64,000 bases of DNA, from contig OX597832.1 in the NCBI GenBank assembly GCA_951406725.2, forward strand, positions 60,326,001 through 60,390,000, in the 5' to 3' direction. Below are positions 1-15,989 of this stretch, in pieces. Under the pieces are notes generated by a model that saw nothing but the letters and a program-made list of their open reading frames with translations, did not search any database and was not told the origin of the DNA. The DNA comes from Octopus vulgaris (taxonomy: Eukaryota). Made by a program: the position numbers and the translations under genes. Numbering within the stretch: the stretch's first letter is position 1; every line of letters starts with the position of its first letter.

Positions 1-29
1 GGACACATATTACGCATAATGCACATAGA

Positions 30-286
30 TAACTTTCTTTATTGGCCACTCAGGGATGAACACAGGGGAGTTAAATACAAATGTAGAGCTTTTCTTTTCG
101 AAAATGAAAAAAAAACAATAAAAAGAAGGAACAAAAGTAAAAAGTAGAATTCCGATCAAAAGGGATCGGGAAAAAACGATAAAAAAATGTAAAAAGTAAG
201 GTTAGGTTTATCCGTGGAATGAAAAGCCAACGGAAAAGACCACGGTAACCGCAGGCAGGGAGGGAATAAACACATGAGAACAAAGT

Positions 287-344
<58 letters not shown>

Positions 345-985
345 TCTCTTTTCGATTTACAGGATCATGCTCAAAGTGGTTTCGTCACTCACACGCAGCA
401 TCTTGGCTACATTCACCCTCCTTTTTCTGAAACTTTCACGAGACAAAAGCTACCTCTCCATTCTAACCTTCCTTTTCAAGTGGTACTTGAAAAAGATGAT
501 GAGCGATTGACCAGAGAGGTAAGTGTTTGTCTCTAATACTTTCGCTCGAGTCCACTACACACATTCTTTCACCATGGCCACCAGTACGATGAAGACTGCC
601 TTGCCTTCCCGGTTGAGGGAAGGTGGCGGAGCAATTGTCAGAATAGACTCGGCCGATAGGCGGACTCGTCCCACACGTGACATCAGCCGTTCTGCATAAA
701 CCCATAAGTCTGAAATGGCTGGACACTGCACGACGCATGCAGAACGGTTTCGTCGCTCTGACCGCACCTCGGGCAAGTCGGTCTCGAATGGTGCCTGTAG
801 AGCTTATCCCGAACGAGTAATGCTTCTCGATAGCACTGCCAAGTCAGGAGTCTTTGGTGATTGTTCATACGTCCCGCCCCGACAGTTGTCCTGAACAGAC
901 GGGCCAGGGATTCCTCGTCAACGCCCAGACTCTGTCCGAGAACGTCGTCACACCTCCCCTCCACTAATCCTCTATAGAACGCCAG
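30..985 (-). mobile_element. Tx1/L1-clade non-LTR retrotransposon 3' fragment (zf-RVT C-terminus plus 3' UTR), decayed
   Basis: Minus-strand peptide LTWQCYREALLVRDKLYRHHSRPTCPRCGQSDETVLHA is a zf-RVT-type CxxC..E..H motif. The C-terminus is homologous to the copy at 17200-17498. The 3' end reads CCCTGAGTGGCCAATAAAGAAA, and a (CT)n run interrupts the UTR. Confidence 0.85.
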
Positions 986-997
986 ATAGATAGATAT

Positions 998-1067
<70 letters not shown>

Positions 1068-1178
1068 GAGTAGTTGGATGAGTAGTTGGATGGAGGGAAA
1101 GAAAGAAAGAAATAGATAGATAGGTTGATAGATAAAGAGAGAGCTATATAAAGAGATATATAGATAAGATAGATAAAT

Positions 1179-1238
<60 letters not shown>

Positions 1239-1288
1239 CAGACAAACAAACAGACAGACAGATAGAGACATATGTGTGTGCATATATC

Positions 1289-1349
<61 letters not shown>

Positions 1350-1633
1350 CATACATACATACATGCATACATACATACATACATACATGTGTGGGTACAT
1401 GGAAGGATGTATGTATAGATGGGTTGATGGGTAGGTGTTGGGATGGGTGTACGGATGGATTCATGCATGCATACATAAGTAGACAGATACCGAAGTAAGC
1501 GCGTGCACGTAAAAGACAAGATTACGCAATGTTCTCACATCCGTTTGCGTAACAACAATTGATGCGAGACAGTCGCCAATGTTTAATTAAATTTTATGTA
1601 TAATACCTCTGAGGAACGTACCACGAAAACAGT

Positions 1634-1687
<54 letters not shown>

Positions 1688-1868
1688 CTGCGTGTGTGCG
1701 TATATGCGTATGTGCGTGTTTGCATGTGTGTATGTGCGCGTCTGTGTGTAAGTGAGGGCGTCGATGAATGAATGGGAATGTGAGTGCGCATGCGTATATG
1801 ATTGTGTGTGTGCATTCGTGAGTGTGTGTACATATGTTACGTTACATATATATATATATATATGTATG

Positions 1869-1902
<34 letters not shown>

Positions 1903-2034
1903 TGTATGTATGTATGTATATGTATATATATATATATATATTAATTGTATCTATTACATAAATATATGTATGTGTATATATTGTATATTATCTGTATGTA
2001 TATCATATATATTAAATATTTCATACATATATAT

Positions 2035-2126
<92 letters not shown>

Positions 2127-2179
2127 TTAGATGAATAGATAGATAGATAGATAGACATACATGTATGTATACATTTCAA

Positions 2180-2214
<35 letters not shown>

Positions 2215-2792
2215 TATATATACATATATATATATATATATATTTGTATGTATATATTTCATATATATATACACAAACATACATACATACATATACATAT
2301 GTTCAAACATATACAGTTGTATATATGTTTATGTATATACATAAATACATACACCCACGCACACAGACATACATGCACCTTGCATTCGCAAACATATTTT
2401 ACACCTAACAATAAACACACGACAAAAAACCTGTCCAGAATTTCTTGTTTCATTTCTCTGTACTCAATAGATATTTTGCGTCAGTATTTCAGGTCGACAT
2501 ATAAAAAGCTAGCAGACATGTTTGGGTAGTGGTTAATATAAAGACATGTTTACGTTTAAAAACATTGTATATAAGTCTAGGTGGTTTGAACAAAAGCTGG
2601 TTTCTTTATGAAGACAATGAACCCGCTTCAAGGCATCCATTTTATAATTTAAAAAATTGTCTACTAAAATTTTGGAATGTTTATTATACAGAAGAAAAGT
2701 CAGAAAATATCTGCACATGCTTGTACGTCTTGTGCCCACATATGCATATATATACGTATAGATGTATGTATGTACACATACGTATGTATATA

Positions 2793-2841
<49 letters not shown>

Positions 2842-2849
2842 TATAGTAT

Positions 2850-3450
2850 TATGTGACTGAACGCCACACATCATCTCCCAAGTAAGTTTTATCTTAATAA
2901 TCCTGATGCGCACTCTATGCGATCTTTTTACTCTTTCTTCTCCCAGTATTCTATCCTATTACTCTGTCAATTACTTTCCGTCAGTCCTCTTCCCTTACTC
3001 ACATGGCTCCCACGTGACCATCGGCTATCTTTCTTTCTTTTTCTCCGTTGAAGCTGGAACAAGGAAGACGTGTTCTTGTTTGTCTCCTGTCACAGCTTGA
3101 TTTACGTGTTCGCCACCACAACCTCGTTTAGACTTAGCAGCCCTTCCTGCTTGTTTTCACTCTCCTGTTTGTGTTACCTATTTTGAGCCTTTGCAAAATC
3201 CCAAATTTTATTTAATTTGCTTTGCGGGAGCAACTATTTTATTGAAAGCGTACATTGTTGTTAAATGCGCGAAATACGAGAGTAGAAAACCAGCCAACAA
3301 CCGATGAAGGGGCGTTCTTTACGGTGTTTGTCTTGTTTTCCATTGTTGCCTTTCGTTGTTCGAAAGAATAGTTCATGTTTCATGTATTCTTGCTTCGTAC
3401 TATTTTGTTGTATACGTTTCATGACGCCCTGTGCCCACATATGCATATAT
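2850..3450 (+). mobile_element. Interspersed repeat inserted in (TA)n; family also at 46690-46830(-), 55775-55950(+), 61628-61810(+)
   Basis: Shared motif GAGTAGA...CAAC(T/C)GA(T/A)GAAGGG..TTC(C/T)TT in four copies; ATTTAATTTGCTTTGCGGGA is shared with the 46.8 kb copy; all are next to TA arrays. Confidence 0.6.
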
Positions 3451-3515
3451 ATATATATACCTATAGATGTAAGTATGTACATATACGTGTGTATATATGT
3501 ATATATATTATTTAG

Positions 3516-3818
3516 TGGAGGTGCAATGGCCAAGTGGTTAGGGCAGCGGTCTCGCGGTTGTAGGATCGCAGTTTCGATTCTCAGACCGGGCGTTGCAAGT
3601 GTTTATTTAGCGAAAATTCCTGATGTTCCACGAGGCTCCGGCAAAAGGTGGTGGCGATCCCTGCTGTTCTCTTTCGCCACAACTTTTTCTCACTCTTTCT
3701 TCTGTTGGTATGCTCGCTTAGCCAGCGGGGAGGCGTCATTCGAAGGCTAAAACAATGCGAAGCGCTTTGTGACCAGCGATGTGTAGCAACATCTGATAGC
3801 CTGGTCGGTCACGTGATC
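3516..3818 (+). mobile_element. tRNA(Arg-like)-derived SINE, family A (resembles octopus OR-type SINEs)
   Basis: A-box TGGCCAAGTGG, B-box GTTTCGATTCT; homologous to 20027-20322 and 41741-42121. Confidence 0.8.
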
Positions 3819-3819
3819 C

Positions 3820-3856
<37 letters not shown>

Positions 3857-3935
3857 TATATTATATTATATATATATATATATTATATTATATATTATTA
3901 TTATATATATATATATATATCTATCTATATCTATA

Positions 3936-3981
<46 letters not shown>

Positions 3982-4529
3982 TTACATATGTACATACACA
4001 CATATACGTATGTATGTATGTATGTATGTATGTATGTATGTATGTATGTATGTATGTATGTATGTATGTATACACACATGCATATCCTTAATTTCTCTTC
4101 TCGCTAACAGCCGAATGCAAACTCCTAGAATCCTACATACATACAATTATTCATACACAACCTTCACCGCAAACTTTTACCGTTGCCCTCACTATATATA
4201 GCGGGTGTATATGTTGGAGTATATGTGTATGTGTGTGTGTGTGTGTGTATGTGTGTGTATATATACATATGTGTGCGTGTATGTGTATTTTCTATGTGTT
4301 TCACCACATCCGCCATCATCACCATCATCATTACCAACAATCCATAACAACCGCCACTTCTACGCGAGTCATTCAGACAGACAGACAGACAGGCAGATGT
4401 CTGCTTCCCAATTTAATCCGATTAAATGAGCTGTTAATCCTTCTATTACATCGTGCAGGTAAGCTGGCCAACTTTAATTAGTACCAGCAAAACGCATAAC
4501 TCGATACGCACCCATCTGCATACATACAC

Positions 4530-4576
<47 letters not shown>

Positions 4577-4601
4577 TAAATACATACATACATACATACA
4601 T

Positions 4602-4638
<37 letters not shown>

Positions 4639-5039
4639 TGTGTGTGTGCGGGCGTGCGTGTCTTAATCGATTCCCTCTATGCTCCTTACCTGTGATTCGA
4701 CCTCACAATGAAGTAGATTAATATTTCCTGTCAGCAACCTCATAAGTCCACTAGTTTAACCCATTACTCAACCGACTAACCTTCCTTCCTTCCTTCCTTC
4801 CTTTCTTTATTATGCAACTATTTGCTGTCGCATTTAGTAACCGAAAGTTAGTCTGTATACACGAGTTTGTATGTCTGTCTGTGTGTGTTTTTCTTACGCA
4901 ACTGTTAAATCTGTTACTAATTATATCAGCATTTTTTTGTTTTTTCCGTTTTCACGCCACAGCTGTTCTCTCCAACCCCGTTCAATAACACGTACGTTTC
5001 TCCCAAAATCTTGTTAGCACATTTTATTAACTGATTACG

Positions 5040-5640
5040 TATTTCTTTACTACCCACAAAGGACTAAACACAGAGAGGACAAACAAGAACAGACAACGGA
5101 TTAAGTCGATTATATCGACCCCAGTGCGTAACTGGTACTTAATTTTATCGACCCCGAAAGGATGAAAGGCAAAGTCGACCTCGGCGGAATTTGAACTCAA
5201 AACGTAACGACAGACGAAATACCTATTTCTTTACTACCCACAAGGGGCTAAACACAGAGGAGACAAACAAGGACAGACAAAGGGATTAAGTCGATTATAT
5301 CGACCCCAGTGCGTAACTGGTACTTAATTTTATCGACCCCGAAAGGATGAAAGGCAAAGTCGACCTCGGCGGAATTTGAACTCAAAACGTAACGACAGAC
5401 GAAATACCTATTTCTTTACTACCCACAAGGGGCTAAACACAGAGGAGACAAACAAGGACAGACAAACGGATTAAGTCGATTATATCGACCCCAGTGCGTA
5501 ACTGGTACTTATTTAACCGACCCCGAAAGGATGAAAGGCAAAGTCGACCTCGGTGGAATTTGAACTCAGAACGTAGCGGCAGACGAAATACTGCTACGTA
5601 TTTCGCCCGGCGTGCTAACGTTTCTGCCAGCTCGCCACCT
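5040..5640 (-). mobile_element. Trimer of tRNA-derived SINE family C (184-185 bp units) flanked by a 15-bp TSD
   Basis: Units start at 5041, 5225 and 5410. B-box GAGTTCAAATTC; core GTCGACTTTGCCTTTCATCCTTTCGGGGTCGATAAA. Direct repeat TATTAACTGATTACG at 5025-5039 and 5640-5654. Confidence 0.9.
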
Positions 5641-5734
5641 ATTAACTGATTACGATTGAAATTTCCCTGTCTAACTGTTCCATTATAGCTACGCCAGTTT
5701 CAACACCGCAAAAGTTAAACCATCAATTATTAGG

Positions 5735-6112
5735 TAGGTTTCCCATCCCTGAGTTTTAAGTGAAAGGATGAAAGACAAAGTCCAGAATGATGGAGTTTGA
5801 AATCAGAACCTAAAAAGCCGGAAGAGATGTTGATAAACACTCTTTCCGGCATGCCAACGATTCTGCCAGCTTGCGGCTTTTGAGAAGAACATTTATGAAT
5901 TTCAAATTTTGACACAAGGACAGCGTGTTCAGGAAATGGGGTAAGTTGATTAAATTGACCCCAGTACTCAACTGGTACTTATTTTATCAATTCCGAAAGG
6001 ATGAAAGGCAAAATCGACCGAGATAGAATCCAAACTGAAATCATAAAGAAGGACGAAACACTGCTAAGCAATTCGTCCGGCGTGTTAACGATTCTACAAG
6101 CTTGTCGTCTTT
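5735..6112 (-). mobile_element. Two degraded family C SINE copies
   Basis: Remnants GAAAGGATGAAAGGCAAA, ACTGGTACTTATTTTATC and CCGGCGTGTTAACGATTCT. Confidence 0.65.
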
Positions 6113-6146
6113 GAGAGGAACATTTATTGGCATCAAACCCACTATA

Positions 6147-6354
6147 CTCTTTACTCTTTTACTTGTTTCAGTCATTTGACTGCGGCCATGCTGGAACACC
6201 GCCTTTAGTCGAGCAAATCGACCCCAGGACTTATTCTTTGTAAGCCTAGTACTTATTCTATCGGTCTCTTTTGCCGAACCGCTAAGTTACGGGGACGTAA
6301 ACACACGAGCATCGGTTGTCAAGCAATGCTAGGGGGACAAACACAGACAAACAT

Positions 6355-6427
<73 letters not shown>

Positions 6428-6594
6428 TACGACGGGCTTCTTTTCAGTTTCCGTCTACCAAATCCACTCACAAGGCTTTGGTTGGCCTGAGGCTATAGTA
6501 GAAGACACTTGCCCAAGATGTCACGCAGTGGGACTGAACCCGGAACCATGTGGTTGGTAAGCAAACTACTTACCACACAGCCACTCCTGCGCCT
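6147..6594 (-). mobile_element. tRNA-derived SINE family B (CORE-like CTTGGGCAAGT motif, internal TA/CA microsatellite), full length
   Basis: Head GGCGCAGGAGTGGCTGTGTGGTAAG..GGTTCAGTCCC and tail GTAAAAGAGTAAAGAG; more than ten homologous copies in the window. Confidence 0.88.
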
Positions 6595-6878
6595 ATACTA
6601 AAAAAAGGTTTGTAAAAGCAACGGGCGCTACTCTTTTCTCCATATCCGGCAAAAAAAAAAGATAAATAAATTAGGGGCTTTAAAAAACTGGGATCGAGGT
6701 CCTTGAAAATAAATAAAGAAAGTAAATTTTGAAAGATTGGAAATAGTAACCAAATATCCCTCAAATTATATGAAACAAACTTAGCACAATGGAGTATGCA
6801 GAGTGTTAAATACATGAAATCTGAAATATATATATTTTAAATAACAGCAACAGCAACAGCAGCAGCAGCAGCAGCAGC

Positions 6879-6985
<107 letters not shown>

Positions 6986-6994
6986 TAATAATAG

Positions 6995-7640
6995 ACAGTG
7001 GCTCTCATGGCTTCTGATCTTAACTGATGGGAAGTGTTGTCATGTACATTGTTTTGTCTTGGTATAAAATATGGACTACAGCAAATATTCTGCTCTGTAG
7101 CACAGATTTGCTTGTCATTTGTTTGACCTTAACCAGTTGAGCATGTCCTTTAGTGGCTGACGATATGTGCATCTTTGATCACAAGCAAAAGTAGCGGGGG
7201 AGCATCATAGCCATGTGTTGAGAGGGATTCTTTGGGGTTTGGATAATTCACGTCTGGAAGCATGGGTGTTTCGTTCAACATCCTTAAACAGACCTTATTC
7301 AGGAACCTTTAGAGTGGGATGGGCAACTAAACCTGAATAAAATTCTAGCTGGGCCCCACCTGGAAGGGCGTGTGCTAAACAGCACACGACCTTGCAGAGG
7401 AATTCTTTGGGGTTTGGATAATTCACCTCTGGAAACATGGGTGTTTCGTTCAACATCCTTAAACAACCCATATTTAGGGATCATTTGAACGGGATGGGTT
7501 ACTCAACTAGAAGAAAATTCTAACTGGGCCCCCACCTGCAAGGTCATGCGCTGTTTATTTTGATATGAGATGAGTAAACTGGCCTTCGTATATTTTACCC
7601 CAGTGTCACATTGATCGCATGCACTGCTCTCTCACTCAAT
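6995..7640 (+). mobile_element. Probable LINE 3' UTR fragment embedded in an (AAT)n array, with an internal ~140-bp duplication
   Basis: Flanked by (AAT)n on both sides; 7227-7365 is duplicated at 7401-7545. Confidence 0.5.
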
Positions 7641-7668
7641 AACAATAATAGTAATAATAATAATTATT

Positions 7669-7708
<40 letters not shown>

Positions 7709-8160
7709 CATTCATCATCATCATCATCATTATTATTATTATTACAAAGGAGTGAATGGTTATGATTTGAACGCGCTTTTCGTCATAGGTCTTGCTGGAT
7801 CAGAGTTTATCTGGAAATAAACAAAGGCAAAGAAAAAAAGAAAAAAAGAAAGAAAGAAAGAAAGAAAGAAAAAAAGAAAGAAAGAAAGAAAGGAAGGAAG
7901 AAAGGAAGAAAGGCAGAAAGAAAGAACCAATCGATATTGAAGAGAGGGAAAAGGAAATTCTAGTTTCCTTGTCGTTCCTTGCTTTACTGAAGGAACAATA
8001 TAAATTAAGGAGCCAAACCCTAACAACAACAACAACAAAAACGCATAAACCCAATTTTCTTCCAATTATTTATTGATTCATTCGCTTCTTTGTTTTTGTA
8101 CAATTATTATTATTATTATTATTATTATTATTGTTGTTGTTATTATTATTATTATTATTA

Positions 8161-8281
<121 letters not shown>

Positions 8282-8332
8282 CAAGGCTTCCTCACTCACT
8301 CTTTTCAACTCTTTCAGTTATTTTTCTCCGTC

Positions 8333-8405
<73 letters not shown>

Positions 8406-9039
8406 GTCTATCTGTCTATCTATCTGTCTTTATCAATTTTTCTGTCACTCCGTCTCTAACTTATTCTTTCTTTTTACTCTCTCACTTTAACTCTCTCTCT
8501 CTCTCTCTCTCACTCTCTCTCTCTATCTATCTATCTATCTACCTATCTATCTCTATCAATATTTCTGTCACTATGTCTCTAACTCATTCTTTCTTTTTAC
8601 TCTCTCACTTTAACTCTCTCTCTCTCTCTATCTCTCTCTCTGTCTCTCTCTATCTATCTATCTACCTATCTATCTCTATCAATATTTCTGTCACTATGTC
8701 TCTAATCCATTCTTTCTTTTTACTCTCTCTCTCTCTTTAAGTCTCCCTCTCTCACTCTCACTCTCTCCCTCTCTCTCCCCCCTCTCTCTCTCTCTCTCTC
8801 TCTCTTTAATAAACAGTAGACGCTTCTGCTTTCTTTTTCGTTGCCGATGTCTAAAAGCAATTGGACAAAATGTAGGTAAATATAACAACAAAAATAATAA
8901 TAAAAGACAAAAACAACACCACCACCACCCCCCACACACACACACATGCACACACATTATATTATATCATATTATATTATATATTATATTTTATATTAAA
9001 TCATATATATTTTATATATTATACTGTGCGATCTATCAT

Positions 9040-9102
<63 letters not shown>

Positions 9103-10513
9103 ATATCAACGCTCACACACATACACAAACACACACACACGCACAATACACGCACACACACATAAAAATTGCGTCTGTAGAACACAAAAGAAAATATTTT
9201 GGAAGACAAAACTGAGAAATCTAATTTCACAATGTTACAATATTCCAAGGTTTTCTGCGAGAAGACAAAAGACAAATTCTTGGATTCTCTCCGTCTGGTT
9301 CAGCCTCGCTGATTTCCAGCACAAAACCGAGTTTCCAATCTAAAGATTCCTTACTTCTTGCTGCTTACCATTTTTCTGTTTTTTCCTTCTTTCTCTCTTT
9401 CGTTTGTCTTGCTTTCCTTCTTTTTTCCTTTACTTCGTTTGTTCTTCCTTTGTTTCATTCTTCACTTGTTTCATTTTTTTTTATTTGCTTATTATATATA
9501 TATTTTTTTTTGTTTATTTCCAGTACCCGAGACATAGAAATTGGCGAGCGGGTGGACGGGTGGCGTAACTTATTCTTCCCACCGCCACTTCTATCCACCC
9601 TGATGTCTGGTATGCGAAACGCTACAACTACCAGCAGAACACATACACAATTATGCACACACACAAGCACACACTTGCACACACACAATTATACACATAC
9701 ACACACACACACATATGCACACACCTCCACTATTGCCTACAGAAGTGGGTAGATGGGAGTAAGGGTAGGGAGTTAGAGTTTAGCTGCCACACCGCTACTA
9801 CCACCACCACCACCACCACCACTAAGACCACTACCACTAAGACCACTACCACTACTAACACTGCAGCCACAACAAACACAGCCATCAACATCACCCCGCC
9901 ACAAACACCACCTCGGCCATTACCACCACCACTACTACAACTACCAGCTACTCCACCACCACAACCAGCAACACCATCACCACTATTACAACCACCACCA
10001 CTATAACATCACCACCACTATAACATCACCACCACTATAACACCACCACCACTACTACAACAACGACCATTCCCACAACAATACCCGTTACAACCACAAC
10101 CACCAGCATCACCACCACAAACAGCTCAACAACCCGAGCACTAGCACCGCAACCACTATCATAACCACCACTACAACCACTACCACCATGGCTATCACTA
10201 CAACAACATTTTCACTACCACTATCGCTCATACGTTGCCAACACCATCACCACAACGATCATAAAACAAGCCAACACCACCTCAAACTACAGCCTAAACT
10301 ATCACCGCCACCGCAAACCAGCAATTTCAGTATCACCATTACCACCATCGCCAACGACACAATCATGAAATCTACTACCAAAATCACCCACAACCACCAC
10401 TACGCTTACAACAAACAGAACCATTTATTGTTGCCAAAATTTTTTCTTTCTGTCTGTTGCAATTTTGTAGTTTACGATTTTCCTTCAGTATGATGACCAA
10501 TTATGTCACCTGA

Positions 10514-10615
<102 letters not shown>

Positions 10616-10750
10616 CTATCTTGTTTACCCCAATCATTAAGGGACTGAATCTTGAGTCATTGAAAAAAAATGTGCCTTATTTCAGGAAATCACGTTGATT
10701 TCCATTATGTGAGTATGTCTACATATGCATATGTATGTGTGTGTATGTGT

Positions 10751-10785
<35 letters not shown>

Positions 10786-10899
10786 AATCGCTCTAATGCT
10801 GTAGTTAACGCACGTGTAATTCCCCAATTTTGTAAAACATTGCAAACTACTGTTTATATTAATTATAATATATATGTGTATGTATGTCCTATCTCCCCT

Positions 10900-11598
10900 C
10901 CTACCCTTCCTCGGAACTTTCCAGGAATTCCTCGCAACTTTCCGGGAAGTCCTCGGAACTTTCCAGAAAGTCCTATTTCCCCTCATCCCCCTCCTCGGAA
11001 CTTTCCATGGTATCCTCGGAAGTTTCCTCGTATCTCTCCCTCCTCCCTTTCATCACCCCTCGGAACTTTCCAGGAAGTCCTCGTAACTTTCCAAAAATCC
11101 CCGGAACTGTCCAGAAACCCTCGGAACTGTCCAGGAAATCCTACCCCCTTCCTCGGAGTTTTCCAGGAAATCCTCGGAACTTTCCAGGAAGTCATATTTC
11201 CCCCTCCCCTTCCTCCTCCTTCTCAGAACATGCCTAAACTCCTCCCCTTCTTCGAAACTTTCCACGAAGTCCTATTTCTCGGTACTCCCCTTCCTCCCCA
11301 TCCTCGAAACTTTCCAGGATGTCCCATCTACCTCCTCCTCCTCGTCCTCTCTTCCTCGGAACATTCCAGGAAGTCCTATCATCCCCTCCTCCTCTCATAG
11401 GAACTTTCTAGGAAGTCCTATCTCCCCCCTCCTCTTCTTCTTCGGAACTGTCTAGGAAGTTCTATCACCTCCTCCACTTCTTCCCCCTCCTCGGAACTTT
11501 CTAGGAAGTCGTATCGCTCCCTCCTCCTCTTCCTTTCCCTCCTCGGAACTTTCCAGGAAGTCCTATCTCCCCTCATCCTCTTCCTCGGAACTTTCCAT
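10900..11598. repeat. Irregular minisatellite built on CCTCGGAACTTTCCAGGAAGTCCT
   Basis: Roughly 20 variants of the motif separated by variable CT-rich spacers. Confidence 0.9.
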
Positions 11599-12502
11599 AA
11601 AGTAAGACAAAGTAAGACGAAGTAAATTGAAGTAGGACGAAGTAGAACGAAGTAAGACGAAGAATGACGTAGTAGGACGAAGTAAGACGAAGTAAAACGA
11701 AGTATGACGAAGTAATTCGAAGTAAGACGAAGAAAGACGAACTAGGACAAAGTAGGACGAATTAAGACGAAGTAAAACGAAGTAGGACGAAGCAGAACGA
11801 AGTAAGATGAAGTAGGACGAAGTTGGACGAAGTAGGACGATGTAAAACTAAGTAGAACGATGTAAAACTAAGTAGAACGAAATAGAACGAAGTAAAACGA
11901 AGATAGACAAAGTAGGAGGATGTAAGACGAAGTAGGACGAAGTAGGACGAAGTAGAACGAATTAAGACATAGTAGGGCGAAGCAGAACGAAGTAAGACGA
12001 ATAGAAGGAAGGAGGGCGAAGACGAAGAAAGGCGAAGACGAAGAAAGGCGAAGACGAAGAAAGGCGAAGTATGACGAAGTAAGATGAAGTAGGACAACGT
12101 TGGACGAAGACGAAATAAGACAAAGTAGGATAAAGTGGAACGAAGTAAGACGAGGTAAGACGACCTAGAAAGAAGTACAACGAAGTAGAACAAAGTAGGA
12201 CGCAGAAAGACGAAAAAAAAAACAAGTAAAACGAAGTTAGACGAAGAAAGGCGAAGTAGGACGAATAAGAACGAAGTAAGACGAATTAAAACGAAGTAGA
12301 AGTAAGACGAAGTAGGACGAAGTAAAACAAAGTAATGCAAGTAGGGGGAAGTAGGAAAAAGTAGAACGAAATAAGACGAAGTAGGACAAAGTAGGACGAA
12401 GTAAGGCGAAATTGGACAAAGTTGGATTAAGTAGAACGAAGTAGGACGAAGTAAGACGAAGTACGACGAAATTGTGCGAATTAGGACGAAGTTGGACAAA
12501 GT
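11599..12502. repeat. 10-bp satellite (GTAGGACGAA / GTAAGACGAA)n, ~900 bp
   Basis: Clear 10-bp periodicity visible in the sequence. Confidence 0.95.
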
Positions 12503-12639
12503 ATTGAGTGGTGTTTCCTCTTCTAGAAAAGCGGCAGGGTGCTGCCAACAGCAGTCTCACCTCATACTCTGTGGTAGGACCTCAGCTCATAATGGAGCTG
12601 GCTGTTTGTTTATTGTTTTATACTCTTTTATATTCTGTT

Positions 12640-12830
12640 ATTCTTTTATTTGTTTCAGCCATTGGATCGCGGCCATGCTGGAGCAACGACTCGAGGAATT
12701 TTTCTTTGAATGAATGGACACGAGTACTTAATTAATTTCTTTTTTTAATTAAGCCTGGTAGTTAGCTTATCTGTCGTTTTTGGTGAACCACTAGGTTTCT
12801 GGTACGTACACACACCATGACCGACAGACA
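12640..12830 (-). mobile_element. Degraded family B SINE tail
   Basis: TGTTTCAGCCATTGGATCGCGGCCATGCTGGAGCA matches the family B tail. Confidence 0.55.
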
Positions 12831-12831
12831 G

Positions 12832-14830
<1,999 letters not shown>

Positions 14831-15092
14831 GAAAGAGAGACACAAAGACAAACGGAAGACAGGCAGGCATATAGATGGGTATGTATGTATGTATGTTTGT
14901 GTTCCTAATTAATTGTCTATCGCAGATATATGCCTGCGTTTCGGTATTCAGGCCCGAATTATATAAAAAGCTCTTCACTGTCCTGTTTATAATGGTTTTG
15001 CTTATTAATATTTGCCATTTGCTTTCTCAATGTTTTAGTGTTGTTGCTATTGGATACTTGCCTGTAACTTTTCCCTAGATGCATCATCCATT

Positions 15093-15135
15093 CTATCGAC
15101 GTTTCACGGTCACGTGACCGCGTCTTCAGAAATCC
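15093..15135 (-). ncRNA. Minimal type-I hammerhead-like motif with degenerate stem I
   Basis: CTGAAGA-c-gcggtcacgtgaccgt-GAAAC-GTC; stem II is a near-perfect hairpin. Confidence 0.55.
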
Positions 15136-15139
15136 AGCC

Positions 15140-15770
15140 ATCACAGAGCAATTGGGTCGTCTGCTTTGCTTTGCACTGTTTTCGTTTTTTTTTTTTCCTC
15201 TTTTGTTTTTGAGCTGTTTCTTGTTTGCTTCTCATTTTTTTCATTTTTATGTTTCGTTTTTGCTTTTTTATTTGTTTGCTGTTTTTGGCCATGGTTGCTA
15301 TTAGCAATTTTAAAGAATTATGGTGTTTGGTAGAATGGCATTCATGGGCAAAAGATTTTACTTTTTTTTTTAAGACATTGAGTAATACCACGAGTTCGGT
15401 TTTGCTTGATGGAATTTCATAAGCATTAGGACATTCGTTTCTATTCAATCAATGTCACGGTATCGATTTTCTCTCATGGGCGTTCTTATATTGTTGTTAT
15501 ACACGTTGATAGAATTTTCCTATTGATTTTTGCATAATGTTCTGTCAAGAAGATGGATGCCTTGGAACAGCTCTTTCCTCTGATGTGCATAGTTATGTCC
15601 CGATAAAGTATGGAGCACGTTCTACCTGTTTAGCATCACTTTTCATGGCGTTTGCTGTTTTACCTGTTTACATGACCCAGCAGTCAATTTAGCATTAGCT
15701 CATGATCATTTTGTGGAATACTGTAGGCGGATAGGCATAACCAATGCAACTTTCAGAGAGTAGCGTATCA
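15140..15770 (-). mobile_element. Possible highly decayed Penelope-like element 3' end
   Basis: Reading frame contains LNRNE (reminiscent of the PLE GIY-YIG terminal LNRDE) upstream of the hammerhead motif; otherwise disrupted. Confidence 0.3.
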
Positions 15771-15989
15771 CATTAATTATTATTATCATTATTATTATTA
15801 TGGATCTTTTCACTTTGACCGGCAGATTTTAAAAATAATTTCTATGTAACTAGACACTTTTAAACTTCGTATATTGGTAGTGTGTTACATAAAACATCTT
15901 TTTCTCTTGGCTTTCTTGAGTAGAAATTCTGTAGTTTATAAGCTATTTCTTGTTAAATTTCTTGCATTTCGGCAATTGCAACCAATACA

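Noticed and set aside
3516-3590. Functional tRNA genes at SINE heads
   Set aside because: Cloverleaf stems are disrupted and the heads continue into SINE bodies.
10900-11598. CRISPR-like repeat-spacer pattern, or the 221-aa ORF
   Set aside because: Spacers are low-complexity and related to each other, and the repeats are degenerate.
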